Shown piece by piece: positions 51,573 to 64,000 of a DNA stretch of 64,000 bases. The notes below the pieces were generated by a model that saw nothing but the letters and a program-made list of their open reading frames with translations, searched no databases and was not told where the DNA came from. This stretch comes from Octopus vulgaris (lineage: Eukaryota): assembly GCA_951406725.2 (NCBI GenBank), contig OX597839.1, positions 27,776,001 through 27,840,000 of the forward strand, written 5' to 3'. The position numbers were made by a program, and so were the translations under genes. Position 1 is the stretch's first letter. Every line of letters starts with the position of its first letter.

Positions 51573-52071
51573 ATGTTGTGGGGGCATTCAGATGAACAAA
51601 AGCACATGGTGTAATGTGATGAATAATTTCGAAAAAAGATAAATACAGCGAACCTGGCTGACGATCCTTGAGTCACTATCTACTCATCTGCTGATGAAGT
51701 AATTCTGCACCAGAGACATGAAACTAGAAGTTACCTCCAGGAAGAATACTTGTGTAAGCATGGAGAAATGGACATTGTGATGATGATGATGGTGATATAT
51801 GTTATCAGCAGCAGCATTTTTACTTTCACTTTCCCATCCTGGTTATACTATGCATGACAAAAAAAGGGATGGTCATGGCTGGAATACCTTTAACCAGAGG
51901 TCTCTGTGTCAGTGCTGCCCTGAGGCTGAACAACAACAGCAATAGTAAGCAATCAAATATGGTATAAGACCAGTGTTTCCCAACCTTTTCAAAGTGGCTC
52001 CCAACATTGGCTCCCAACCCTTTTATTTAAATGAGTTTTCTCATGGACCCCTTTTAATATGCTTATCCTTC

Positions 52072-52107
<36 letters not shown>

Positions 52108-52119
52108 CTTATATTTAAA

Positions 52120-52656
52120 ATCAAATCAAATCAAAAAAATCAAATCAAACCAAATCAAATCAAATCAGATAGTCGATCAACATCAATGGAAATTGCGGCT
52201 GTGATACCAGTGCCGTTGACAAGTAAGCGAACCATCCGATCGTGGCCATTGCCAGCGCCGCCCCGACTGGCCTCCGTGCCGGTGACACGTAAAAAGCACC
52301 ATCCGTTCATGGCCATTGCCAGCCTCGCCCGGCCCCTGTGCCGGTGGCACGTAAAAAGCACCATCTGTTTATGGCCATTGCCAGTCTCGCCTGGCCCCGT
52401 TGCCGGTGGCACGTAAAAAGCACCATCCGTTCGTGGCCGTTGCCAGCGCCGCCCCCGACTGGCCTCCGTGCCAGTGGCACGTAAAAGCACCATCTGTTCG
52501 TGGCAGTTTGCCAGCTCCGTCTGGCACCTGTGCAGGTGGCACGTAAAAAGCACCCACTACACTCGCGGAGTGGTTGGCATTAGGAAGGGCATCAAGCCAT
52601 AGAAACACTGCCAGATCAGACTGGGCCTGCTGCAGCCTTCTGGCTTCACAGACCCC
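52120..52656 (+). mobile_element. Family-E element with 5-6 internal ~62-68-bp units, 3'-truncated
   Basis: Repeated gtgccggtggcacgtaaaaagcacc; (aaatc)n leader. Confidence 0.85.
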
Positions 52657-52770
52657 ATAAAACTGCATAAAACCTAACAAAGGGGTTACTCCCCAGTGTT
52701 ACTTCCAAACAGTGCTCTGCATCCTTTTCAAAATTTTGTGGTACACATGGACTCAAAGCATAACTAAAAT

Positions 52771-53040
52771 TTGTTGAAATTTTACACATGAAAAAATGCA
52801 AAAGCTGCAGAAAAAATAACATCGTTATGGGAATTTCCCTTCAACCGCCCAATTGAGCTCACGAAAATCGATGCCAACTGAGCATTATTGAGTTTTCAAA
52901 AAATTCCAGCCATATTTGAATTTCAGGGCATGTGATCTACCCATGTGCCAAAAATCATTAAAATCAGTTGGACAGTGTGGGAGGAGTTAGAGTAACCCCA
53001 AACACACAGACAGACACCATTACACATTTATGTATATAGA
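52771..53040 (-). mobile_element. Possible non-autonomous Helitron terminus
   Basis: tgtgccaaaaatcattaaaatcagttg...ggagtt...acacacagacagac...tttatgtatataga resembles the Lep1/DINE-like end architecture (minus strand begins TC). Confidence 0.45.
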
Positions 53041-53057
53041 TATGAAATTTTGAATTT

Positions 53058-53128
53058 AGCTCACAGACCCCCAGTACCACTTTTGCAGACCACTAGGGGT
53101 CCACAGGCCCCAGGTTGAGAACCACTGG
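53058..53128. mobile_element. hAT-type MITE end
   Basis: ggttgagaaccactg terminus (CAGTGGTTCTCAACC); a similar start cagtgtttcccaacc at 51971. Confidence 0.55.
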
Positions 53129-53835
53129 TATATAGAATCCCTAATGTCTATTTGACGACTGGGAATGCAAGCTAATAAAAGAATATCACATGAAGGGCCA
53201 CAGGGTGCAAGCCCATAGCCTTCTAATTGGTATAAAATGATACATGACACAAAAAATACAAAATTAAAAACAAAAAGGAAACAAACTCTTATTGATCCTG
53301 ACTTTTGCTAAATGATCTTAATTGGTCTCGTTATGTGGAGAGAAAGACGAATAATTATAGTTGGGTGTGTGCGTGTGTGTATGTCTGATTGAATATATAT
53401 AGGTGTGAGTGGTGTGTGTGTTTGGATATTTATATGTATGTGTATGCATCAGTATGTTGTTGAATGTGTTTGTGTGCTTGTATGGTGGTGGTAGTGGTGG
53501 TGGGGATTAGTGTGAGTGAGTGACAAAGTGATTTTATTGTATATGTGTGTGTGTGTGTACGTATGCGCTTGCATCAGTATGTATATGTCTGCATGTGTGC
53601 ACTTGCTTGAATGTGTGTGTGTGTTTGTTTGTTTCACTGATCTTGTCCGTTCCTGTTTCCTTAATATCTTAATTATATTCTACTACTCCGCCACACTGAA
53701 TAAGATTATTGCTATTCATTCATATATGTATATGTGTGTGTGCATATATATGTGTATATATATATGTGTGTATATGTATATATATATATGTGTGTGTGAA
53801 TGTATGTATGTATATATATATGTGCTTATATATAT

Positions 53836-53879
<44 letters not shown>

Positions 53880-54381
53880 ATGTATGTATATATATATGTG
53901 TGTATATATATATATATATATGTGTGTATGTGTGTATATATATATGTTCTTATATATATATATGTGTGTATGTGTGTATATATATATGTTCTTATATATA
54001 TATATGTATGTATGTACATATAATTATATATGCACAAACATACACGCATATATATAATACATATATATATATATATTTCTGTTTCATTATTTTTTTTCTT
54101 TTTACTTCTTTATTCCTTTAAGACAGATCTGAGATTATCTTTATCCTCGTCGTTATGATAATCCTTTAAATCAATAAGCTGGTGATTTGGACTTAAATTA
54201 CTCCAGTATCATCATCACCATAATTATTATTATTATTGGTGTTGTTACTGTTATTATTTATCCCAAATTTCAGTAAGACTGCTTATGTATGTATATGTGT
54301 ATGTGTATGTATGTATATATGTATGTGTATGTATGTATATGTGTATGTATGTTTATGTTTGTTTTATATGTATGTATATTT

Positions 54382-54621
54382 CATCATCATCATCGTTTAA
54401 CGTCCGTTTTCCGCGCTAGCACGGGTTGGACGGTTCGACTGGGGTCTGGGGAGCCAGGTGCTGCTCCAGGCTCCGGTCTGATCTGGCAGTGTTTCTACAG
54501 CTGGATGCCCTTCCTAACGCCAACCACTCCGCGAGTGTAGTGGGTGCTTTTTATGTGCCACTGGCACAGAAGCCATTCGGGCAAGGTTGGCATCGGTCAC
54601 GTTCGGATGGTGCTTTTTATG
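54382..54621 (-). mobile_element. Family-E RTE-type 3' end
   Basis: Family match. Confidence 0.85.
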
Positions 54622-55137
54622 TGACCCAGGGCTCATCGTCCACTTGATCCTAGATGACCCAGGGCTCATTGTCCACTTGATCCTAGATGACCCAGGGCTC
54701 ATTGTCCACTTGATCCTAGATGACCCAGGGCTCATCGTCCACTTGACCCTAGATGACCCAGGGCTCATCGTCCACTTGATCCTAGATGACCCAGGGCTCA
54801 TCAACCACTTGATCCTAGATGACCCAGGGCTCATCGTCCACTTGATCCTAGATGACCCAGGGCTCCTCATCCACTTGATCCTGGATGACCCAGGGCTCAT
54901 TATCCACTTGATCCTAGATGACCCTGGGGCTCATTGTCCACTTGATCCTAGATGACCCAAGGCTCATCATCCCTTGATCCTAGATGACCCAGGGCTCATT
55001 TTCCACTTGATCCTAGATAACCCAGGGCTCATTGTCCACTTGATCCTAGATGACCCAAGGCTCATCATCCACTTGATCCTAGATGACCCAGGGCTCATTA
55101 TCCACTTGATCCTAGATGACCCTGGGGCTCATCGTCA
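54622..55137. repeat. 33-bp minisatellite gacccagggctcatcgtccacttgatcctagat, about 15-16 copies
   Basis: Seen directly; gives the DPGLIVHLILD ORF repeat. Confidence 0.96.
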
Positions 55138-55539
55138 TATATTGTACACCCGTAGCGTAATGAAAGCCTTCTTGATTAAGCACAAGTCCTCCATCTGCCT
55201 TGCCATTCTTGTTCAACCATTTCTTGATATTGTCCACCCATACCATTCTTCTTTGCCTGCTTCTTCATCTGCTACACTCTATTCTTCCTTTCACAATATT
55301 TTCCAGACGTCAGATTCTTTGAATAATAGACAAGCTTTTGTTTTTTTCCACAGTGTTCAGGACTCATCGTCTTTCACCCATTCATTAGTGAGGGGGGTAA
55401 CTGTAGACCGATATAATATAATGAAATCACCAGGCGGAGTGAAATGGCGGGTAGCAGTGGTGGCAGCGGTCATGATGTATAGGGGTGGGGGGGATTGAAA
55501 GGAGCAATCCAGGGAGTTTGGTTTGTATATATATGTATG

Positions 55540-56278
<739 letters not shown>

Positions 56279-56649
56279 TTTCACTAAACGTCTTGGATTG
56301 CTTTTCACTTGTAGCGTTTTTCTACTCACCTATTTCAAGCACATTGGTTATGTTCTCCTCAAATTTGTTCAGAGTCCAATGCTTCGCAACCACAAATGCT
56401 TATCGACCCAACGTGTGCTCACACTAGCCTTGTTTTTAACTTAGTTGGGACACTTTTGCTACTCCAGATGTTACTAAGTTGTTCCTTACACAGAAATATA
56501 CACAAACATACACATACATGCAAATACATGTGCTGTGTATGTATAGATGTGTGTGTGTTCAGTTAGTGAATGTGTGGTATGTATAGTGCCTATATGCAAT
56601 GATGGAACTTCTATGTGGTTCTGCTAGTAATAGCAGTCAAATTTTCCTC

Positions 56650-57016
56650 AGGAGCAGGAGTGGCTGTGTGGTAAGTAGCTTGCTTACCAACCACATGCTT
56701 CTGGGTTCAGTCCCACTGCATGACACATACATACATACATACAAACACATATATATATGCTTATACATACATAAACATACTCTTTTATTCTTTCATTTGT
56801 TTCAGTCACTTGACTGCAGCCATGCTGGAGCACCGCCTCTAAAGGATTTTAGTCGAACAGATCGACCCCAGGGCTTATTTTTGTTTCTTAGCCTAACACT
56901 TATTCTATTAGTCTTCTTTGCCAAGCTGCTAAGTTACAGGGACATAAGCACCTCAACAGAGGCTATAAGTGGTCATGTGGGGAACAAATACAGAGACACA
57001 GACACACACATAAATA

Positions 57017-57049
<33 letters not shown>

Positions 57050-57413
57050 TACACATACACACTTTATATACACACACATATAAATATATATATTTTGGTC
57101 TCTTATAAATATATATATATATATTTATATAAATAAATATATATATATATATAAACACACACACACACGACAGACTTCTTTCAGATTCCATCTACCAAAT
57201 CCACTCACAAGGCTTTGGTTGGCCTGAGGCTATAGTAGAAGACACTTGCCCAAAGTGCCACTCAGTGAGACTGAACCCAGAACCATGTGTTTGGGAAGCA
57301 AGCTTCTTACCACACAGCCATGCCTGAACTTTTTCCTCTTTTTGATTATCTATATGTTTATGTATGTACAAGCAGATATATGCATGACTATGTATACATA
57401 TTTGTATATTTAC

Positions 57414-57472
<59 letters not shown>

Positions 57473-57877
57473 CGCAGGAGTGGCTGTGTGGTAAGTAGCT
57501 TGCTAACCAACCACATGGTTCCGGGTTCAGTCCCACTGCGTGGCATCTTGGGCAAGTGTCTTCTGCTATAGCCCCGGGCGGATCAATGCCTTGTGAGTGG
57601 ATTTGGTAGACAGAAACTGAAAGAAGCCTGTCGTATATATGTATATATATATAAGTGTGTGTGTATATGTTTGTGTGTCTGTGTTTGTCCCTCTAGCATT
57701 GCTTGACAACCGATGCTGGTGTGTTTACGTCCCCGTCACTTAGCGGTTCGGCAAAAGGGACCGATAAAATAAGTACTGGGCTTACAAAGAATAAGTCCCG
57801 GGGTCGATTAGCTCAACTAAAGGCGGTGCTCCAGCATGGCCACAGTCAAATGACTGAAACAAGTAAAAGAGTAAAAG

Positions 57878-57880
<3 letters not shown>
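56650..57880. mobile_element. SINE-A cluster: head fragment, older (-) 56780-57325, young (+) 57470-57880
   Basis: Family matches. Confidence 0.9.
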
Positions 57881-57913
<33 letters not shown>

Positions 57914-58397
57914 CATATGTATATATATATACACACACATACATACACAAATGTAGGCATACATATAAATATGCAGATATATATGTGTGTGTGTGTGTAT
58001 ATATAAACACACAAATATTAATATCCGCACACACATGCACACATACACATGCATACACCTGCAATTAGATATATCAATTAATGTGTATACATCACGTGAA
58101 TGTATAACATTACAAAGATTCCTGTGCTTCTAAGTAGACATATGTTTGTCTATACAATAGACAATTATACACATTCCGATGTAAAAACCCAGATATATGT
58201 TTATACATACATCATAGATATCCACACATACTTCTGTATATATAACCAGATCTATATATACATGTTTGTTTATAGAGTGTTCATCTTCATTTCGTCTGTT
58301 TTTGTTGGAATGGTTTGTTTCCTATCTCCTTTTAACTTGTTTGTTATTTTCCGTTTCCAATGAGGGAGTGGTACGCACGTATATGTATGCATCTATG

Positions 58398-58427
<30 letters not shown>

Positions 58428-58428
<1 letters not shown>

Positions 58429-58710
58429 AAAGCGAGTGGCCTAGTGGTTAGGGTGCTGCGCTTGTAATCACAAGATCATGGTTCTGATTCCTAGAGTGGA
58501 GACATGGTCAGTCCTTGAGAAAAAAACGCTTCATTTCATGTTGTTTCATTCCTCTCAGCTGTAAATATGTAAACTCTGCAATGGACTACCAATTTATTCA
58601 GGGCGGAAACCATGACCTGCCTGCTGACCTGTCTAACCAATGGGAAGGCATGATTTAAAAGCTGTAACAATGTGAGGCACATTGTGACCAGTGATGTATA
58701 ACTACATCCT
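58428..58710 (+). mobile_element. Old CORE-type tRNA SINE
   Basis: gtggcctagtggttaggg head, gtccttgag and ctcagctgtaaa. Confidence 0.55.
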
Positions 58711-58807
58711 ATACCATGATATTATATATATATAATATTAGGGAGTATAACTCCAAACTTCCAGGGAAAAATTCAGTTTAGTATTAAATCAAATTTCACA
58801 GTATAAA

Positions 58808-59134
58808 TATATAAAATATGAATTAGAGATAAAACCACTATTATGCAACTCAAACAGTGATAGACATAAACCAAAATATAAATAACAAATAGTATATATT
58901 TTTATAAAACATAACTTATAACTAGATCTCAAAAAGTATAAAATTGAATGATCAATACATTAGTATTGTTACTTATTACTTATGTTGATCATTCAATTTT
59001 ATACTTTTTGAGATCTAGTTACAAGTTATATGTTTTATAAAAATATATATTATTTGTTATTTATATTTGGGTTTATGTCTATCACTGTTTGAGTTGCATA
59101 ATAGTGGTTTTAGCTCTAATTTATATCTTATATA
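58808..59134. repeat. Fold-back inverted repeat with ~148-bp arms and ~29-nt spacer
   Basis: aaaaccactattatgcaactcaaacagtgatagacataaacc pairs with ggtttatgtctatcactgtttgagttgcataatagtggtttt. Confidence 0.92.
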
Positions 59135-59156
59135 TATATATACACACACACATATA

Positions 59157-59545
59157 TACGAGGGTGAGTCAAAAGGTAATGCCATTTTGTTTAGGACAGG
59201 TATAATTACCAACACAGGAACATGTATCATACATCAAAATGAAGCTGGTCCTCTGTGGATTACATCCCTACTTCTCAACATAGTCACCGTTTCTCTCAAT
59301 AGCAATGTTCTACCTTCAAATGAGAGCATCTATCCCTGCCCCGTAAAATTCTGTTGACTGTTCTTTGAGCCACTTCTTCACTACAGTTTTCACTTCCTCA
59401 TCACTGGAATAATGTTTGCCTCTCAAACCCTCTTTCATGGGGCCAAACAGATGATAGTCTAATGATGAGGAAGTGAAAACTAGTGAAGAAGTGGCTCAAA
59501 GAACAGTCAACAGAATTTTACGGGACAGGGATACGTGCTCTCATT
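59157..59545 (-). pseudogene. Mariner 3' end (TIR and transposase C-terminus) with an inverted internal copy
   Basis: TA-CGAGGGTGAGTCAAAAGG TIR; minus strand reads DYHLFGPMKEGLRGKHY..EEVKT..WLKEQ..GDYVEK* with stops. Confidence 0.88.
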
Positions 59546-59546
59546 C

Positions 59547-60024
59547 AACTATGCTTGTGTGACATGATGTAGAGTCCTGTTGCCAGACATAGGGTCTTCC
59601 AGCAGCTACCCTCTTCACCTAGAGCAGCACTACCTCCTCCAGGCACTTGATGTAGGCCTCCAACGTTGAGTGTGAGGCCATGTGGGAATATGAATGGAGG
59701 TAAAACACCGCCATCACTAGTGATCACTCCAAACACCATGATGTTGGCTGGATGTTTGATTTTTGTCATTCTCGGTACACGTCTTCAGATTGACACCCAA
59801 ACACTCTGAAATGTTCATATTGGAGCTTCTGGCGCGAACGCCAAGCAGTACAACATGTTGTTTCCAAATTTCTGGCAGAGTGAATTGCGATCATGGTGCT
59901 GTTTTTCTCACAGACGGTGCCCAACTGACCCTACTATACTATGTAGTTGACAAAATCAAAAAACAAACAATGTACATGCACAAAATTAAAATTGTAAAAT
60001 GGTGACAATTTACCCATCACACCC
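59547..60024 (-). pseudogene. Internally deleted DD37D (maT-like) Tc1/mariner element
   Basis: KHPANIMVFGVITSDG..PPFIF and RPYVWQQDS..CHTS motifs, an N-terminal fragment and a TIR-like gggtgtgatgggtaaattgtcacc. Confidence 0.75.
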
Positions 60025-60271
60025 AATTTACCATCATCATCACCATTTTTCATCAACTTTCTATGGTGGTATGGGTTAGAAGATCCAACAAGATCTAATG
60101 AGTCAGAAGAGCACATCTTGCTCCAATGACTCAATTCTGACGTGTGTGTGTGTGGGAAGAAGAATGGTGTGGTTTATGGAATTCGCTTCCCAACCACATG
60201 GTTTCAGGTTCAATCCCAATGCATGGCACCTAGCTGACTAATGGCTTCGGGGTGAATTTGCCTTACAGAAA

Positions 60272-60308
<37 letters not shown>

Positions 60309-60369
60309 TGTGTGTGTGTGTGTGTGCGTGCGTGCATGTAAGTGTGTGTGTGTGTGTGTGTGCAACTGG

Positions 60370-60875
60370 CACATCTTCAGTTCTTACAACAAGGGTTTTT
60401 GTTGATCTGAACAGGCTGCTCATGAAATTAACATGCAAGTGGCTGAGTACACCACAGACATGCATACTTATAATGTAGCTCTCAAAGAGATTATTTAAAA
60501 TTACAGGCACAACTCATTTTGGCCAGGTGAGTAGACTGGAGTGATGTGAAACAAGTTGACATACTCAAGGACATAACGTGCCACTGAGAATTGAACTCAC
60601 AACCTTGCAATCGTGAGGTGTGTGTGTGTGTGTGTACCTTTGTCTTGACATCATACAATGGATGTAAACAAACATCACCATCATACAAGCAGTGTCCCTC
60701 CTTTGCAATCTTCCATGAAGACATGTCCGGACACTGGAGAAATATTATCCCCTTGCATAGAAACAGATGGGGGTTGGTGACAGGGAGAGCATCCCAGCCA
60801 TAGAAAATCTGCCTCAAGAACAAACTCCATCCGACCCATGCAAGCATAGAGAAATAGATGTTAAAATGATGATGA
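60370..60875. mobile_element. Old CORE + C-tail SINE (-) followed by an RTE-tailed repeat (+)
   Basis: The first resembles 37479-37739; the second resembles the host element split by the array (45060-45180 and 47315-47465). Confidence 0.6.
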
Positions 60876-61141
60876 TACACATATGTACAACAATACATAC
60901 ACACACACACACACATACATACATGTGTATGTGCATGTGTGTGTGTGTGTGTGTGTGTATATATACACCTGCATTATCCTCTGACCTCAACTCCCCTTAC
61001 CATCACTATCACCACTATCATCATTATCATCATCATCATCATCGTAGTCGTCCTCATCCATAACATTTCTCCGGCAGCTTCGTCTTATCAAAGTAATAAG
61101 AGAAGCTTAGTGTAAAACAATCCAAGAAGTTTCCATACCTA

Positions 61142-61179
<38 letters not shown>

Positions 61180-62454
61180 AACACACAAACATACACACAC
61201 ACACACACAAACACACACATACAAACAAAACTCACTCCATTGCTCCTCCCCACCCCCACCCCGCCCTACATCTCTGCCCGCCACTCCCACCGCTGCCACC
61301 ATTTCACTCCTGCCTGGTGACTTCATTATGTTACTGCCCCCCCCCCACCTCACTAACACACACCACCACCACCACCACAGCAACAACAACAACAACATCA
61401 ACTACCACAACCACTACTGTTACATCTGCAACAACGACAACAACAATAATTAGTTTTTTTTTTTTAACACTGACAATTGGCGATGGTGTGATACACAACA
61501 TAGACACAAAAGACCCTTTGTTAGAGAGAGGGGAGGGAGGGGAGGTAGTGAGAGGATGAAAGGGAGTGGGATGAGGGGTGAGGGTGAAAAGGAGGTGGGG
61601 TAGTGGTGTACCCCCTATCTACCACATTTCAGGGGCTGGAAGCTGGTTATAAGATCTCTTCTGGATGTGATAAAAATATAAATAAATAAATAATTTAGGG
61701 GTCCCACCACGCCTAACACTTTCCAATTAGACATTTGCTTACATATGAGTGTGTGTGCATGTGTGTGTGTGCATGTGTGTGTTTGTGCATTTGAGTATGT
61801 GCATGTGTGTGTATTTAATGTGAATGTGTGTGTGTGTGTGTATTTAATGTGAATGTATGTGTGTGTGTGCATGTGTGTATGTGCATGTGTGTGTATTTAA
61901 TGTGAATGTGTGTGTGTGTGTGTATTTAATGTGAATGTGTGTGTGTGTGTGTGCATGTGCATGTGTGTGTTTGTGCATTTGAGTATGTGCATGTGTGTGT
62001 ATTTAATGTGAATGTGTGTGTGTATATGTGTTAGTATGTTTGTAAGCAATATTGTGCGTATGTGTGTGTATTAGTTTATATGTGTGTGTGTATATATATG
62101 TCTTAATGACTCTGTGTGTGTGTTAGTGTGTCGGTGTGTGTATATATCTTAGTGTGTGTGTATATAAGTATGTAGTTGTATGTGTGTGAGAATGTGAATG
62201 TGAATGTGTATGTGAGAGAGAGTGCAAGTATTAGTATGCATATGTCTGTATGTGTTTGTGTCTTAGTGTGTCTATGTATTTGCATGTTGTGTTTGTGTGT
62301 ATGTGTGTGTTTTGTGGGTTTGTGTGTGTCTACTAAAGTTAGTATAAGTGTGTGTATGTGTTAATGCATTATGTGTGTTAGTGTGTGTGTTAATGTATAT
62401 ATGTCCAAGTAATACTTGTGTGAGTATGTGCGTGCACATTTATGTTGTTGTTTT

Positions 62455-62745
62455 TTCCTTCTGGAGCCATACCTGGTTCATAAGGGCCGGTTTCCCAGTT
62501 TCATTGGCGCATAGGTTCCTCACCTGAACAGGACACCGGTCCATCACAGGTGAACTGCAAGATGCAGGAGGAAAGAGTGAGAGAAAGTTGTGGTGAAAGA
62601 GTCAGCAGAAGTTTGCCATTACCTTCTGCCAAAGACGCATGTAGCTTAATCGTTTTGCTCATAAATGCACACATTGCCCGGTCTGAGATTCGAACCCATG
62701 ATCCCTCAAACGCAAGTCCACTCCTCTAACCACTAGGCCATGTTA
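62455..62745 (-). mobile_element. SINE with C-type head and middle but a different tail
   Basis: Shares agagtgagagaaagttgtggtgaaagagt and gcccggtctg with C, then diverges (cctgtgatggaccgg...gggaaaccggccc on its sense strand). Confidence 0.7.
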
Positions 62746-63229
62746 CTCCCCACCCACACTTATATTCTATCATAATTCCATTCACAATTAGAATACTTTA
62801 TAGAGAAATATAAAATCACCTTCCAATACACAATTGAGAGTTTCATTTTATCAATTCCATGAGAACGATAAGCAGAGACAACCTCCGTTAGATTTGAACT
62901 CAGGACATAAAGAATTACGACTAAATTACCGCAGGCATTTTCTTCCATGCTCTAACAAGCCTGACTATCCAAAATTTGTTGTTGCTGTTGTTCCTGTTGT
63001 TGTTTATTTCCGGTTTAGCTCTGACCCAGCAAGGCCCATGATCAAAGCTTTTCAAGCTCAGACCATCCCATCTTTTCCTTCGTATCATGTTCAATGTTGT
63101 TGACAGTAATTTTCTTTGTTTAAGACAGAAATGTGTATTGTAATTTGAGAGCGATTCGACTGCTATTTTTAGCAGGTCAGATGACCATTTAGGAGCTCCT
63201 TCATTGCCGTGGTTGTATGTCAGTGCAAA

Positions 63230-63462
63230 AGGCGGCAGGGAGCTGGCAGAAACGTTAGCACGCCGGGCGAAATGCTTAGCGGTATTTCGTCTGCGTTACG
63301 TTGTGAGTTCAAATTCCGCCGAGGTCGACTTTGCCTTTCATCCTCTCGGGGTCGATAAATTAAGTACCAGTTACGCACTGGGGTCGATGTAATCGACTTA
63401 ATACCTATGTCTGTCCTTGTTTGTCCCCTCTGTGTTTAGCCCCTTGTGGGTAATAAATAAAT
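63230..63462 (+). mobile_element. SINE-B monomer, young, with TSD ttgtatgtcagtg
   Basis: 13-bp flanking direct repeat. Confidence 0.93.
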
Positions 63463-64000
63463 AGATTGTATGTCAGTGTGTGTGTGTGTGTGTGTATGTG
63501 TGTGTGTCAGTGTGGATTGTTTAAAATGTGAGAGGAATTCAGTTGCAATGTTATCTCTTTTGTTAACCGTAATATTTGAAAACCAGGATATAAAAGGCCC
63601 CTAATAAATACCACAAGACATTTTGTCTGACGCTCCACTGATTCTTCCAATTTATTACACACACACACACACGCATGCATACATGCATGCACACACACAC
63701 ACAGAGGCTAGAGTACCCCTCAAACATCTCAGTAATAAAACACTTTGTTCAGAGTGACCCTGTTTCTCTTATTATTTCATTCAGCTGATCCCTTTTCAAT
63801 ATTGACATAGCTGTCACCACTTTATGATTAGGGAGTGTCTGGGACCCTGAAATTCAGGTAGGTGTATTATTTTCCCTTATATAGGTCATTGGGTTTTAGT
63901 TGCAATACATAACTTAGATCAATGCCTTTAATCACCACCACCACCACCACCACCACCATCCCTTGTCTTATAAAGGGGCTTATGTATAGTACCTAGATTA

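Noticed and set aside
51675-51740. CTGATGA...GAAAC hammerhead candidate (also ctgatga..gaaa at ~379 and ~2026)
   Set aside because: Stems I and II cannot be formed convincingly.
52260-52560. CRISPR-like repeat-spacer pattern
   Set aside because: The spacers are homologous to each other and the array is internal to a dispersed retroelement.
54587-55140. DPGLIVHLILD repeat protein or CRISPR array
   Set aside because: Contiguous tandem units without unique spacers, frameshifted, in eukaryotic context with no cas genes.
63785-63857. Plus-strand exon with good acceptor and donor
   Set aside because: 73 nt with stops in all three frames; it could only be non-coding and has no other support.

Overview
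AT-rich, microsatellite-saturated eukaryotic DNA. The SINE, RTE and MITE repertoire looks like a coleoid cephalopod, most likely Octopus; this is an inference from recalled repeat families and no search was run. No intact protein-coding gene is visible, and nearly all ORFs in the track are microsatellite or SINE read-through. The window reads as a large intron or intergenic tract. It holds at least five tRNA-derived SINE families (my labels A, B, C, D and a tRNA-Lys-like one), many RTE-type 3' ends (label E), decayed RTE and R4/Dong-type LINE fragments, broken mariner and DD37D transposons, several MITEs, and a 555-bp element found only in (AAT)n (label F). The main points for follow-up are: (1) a 2.1-kb head-to-tail SINE-B array inside one target-site duplication, whose junction recurs at two other loci; (2) a 21-nt minus-strand microexon candidate with UGC motifs; (3) a TSD-flanked chimeric SINE that captures domain shuffling; (4) a degenerate Penelope-type hammerhead ribozyme; (5) many fold-back inversions and templated insertions; (6) a diverged inverted pair of non-TE modules. 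Coordinates were read by eye and may be off by a few bases.
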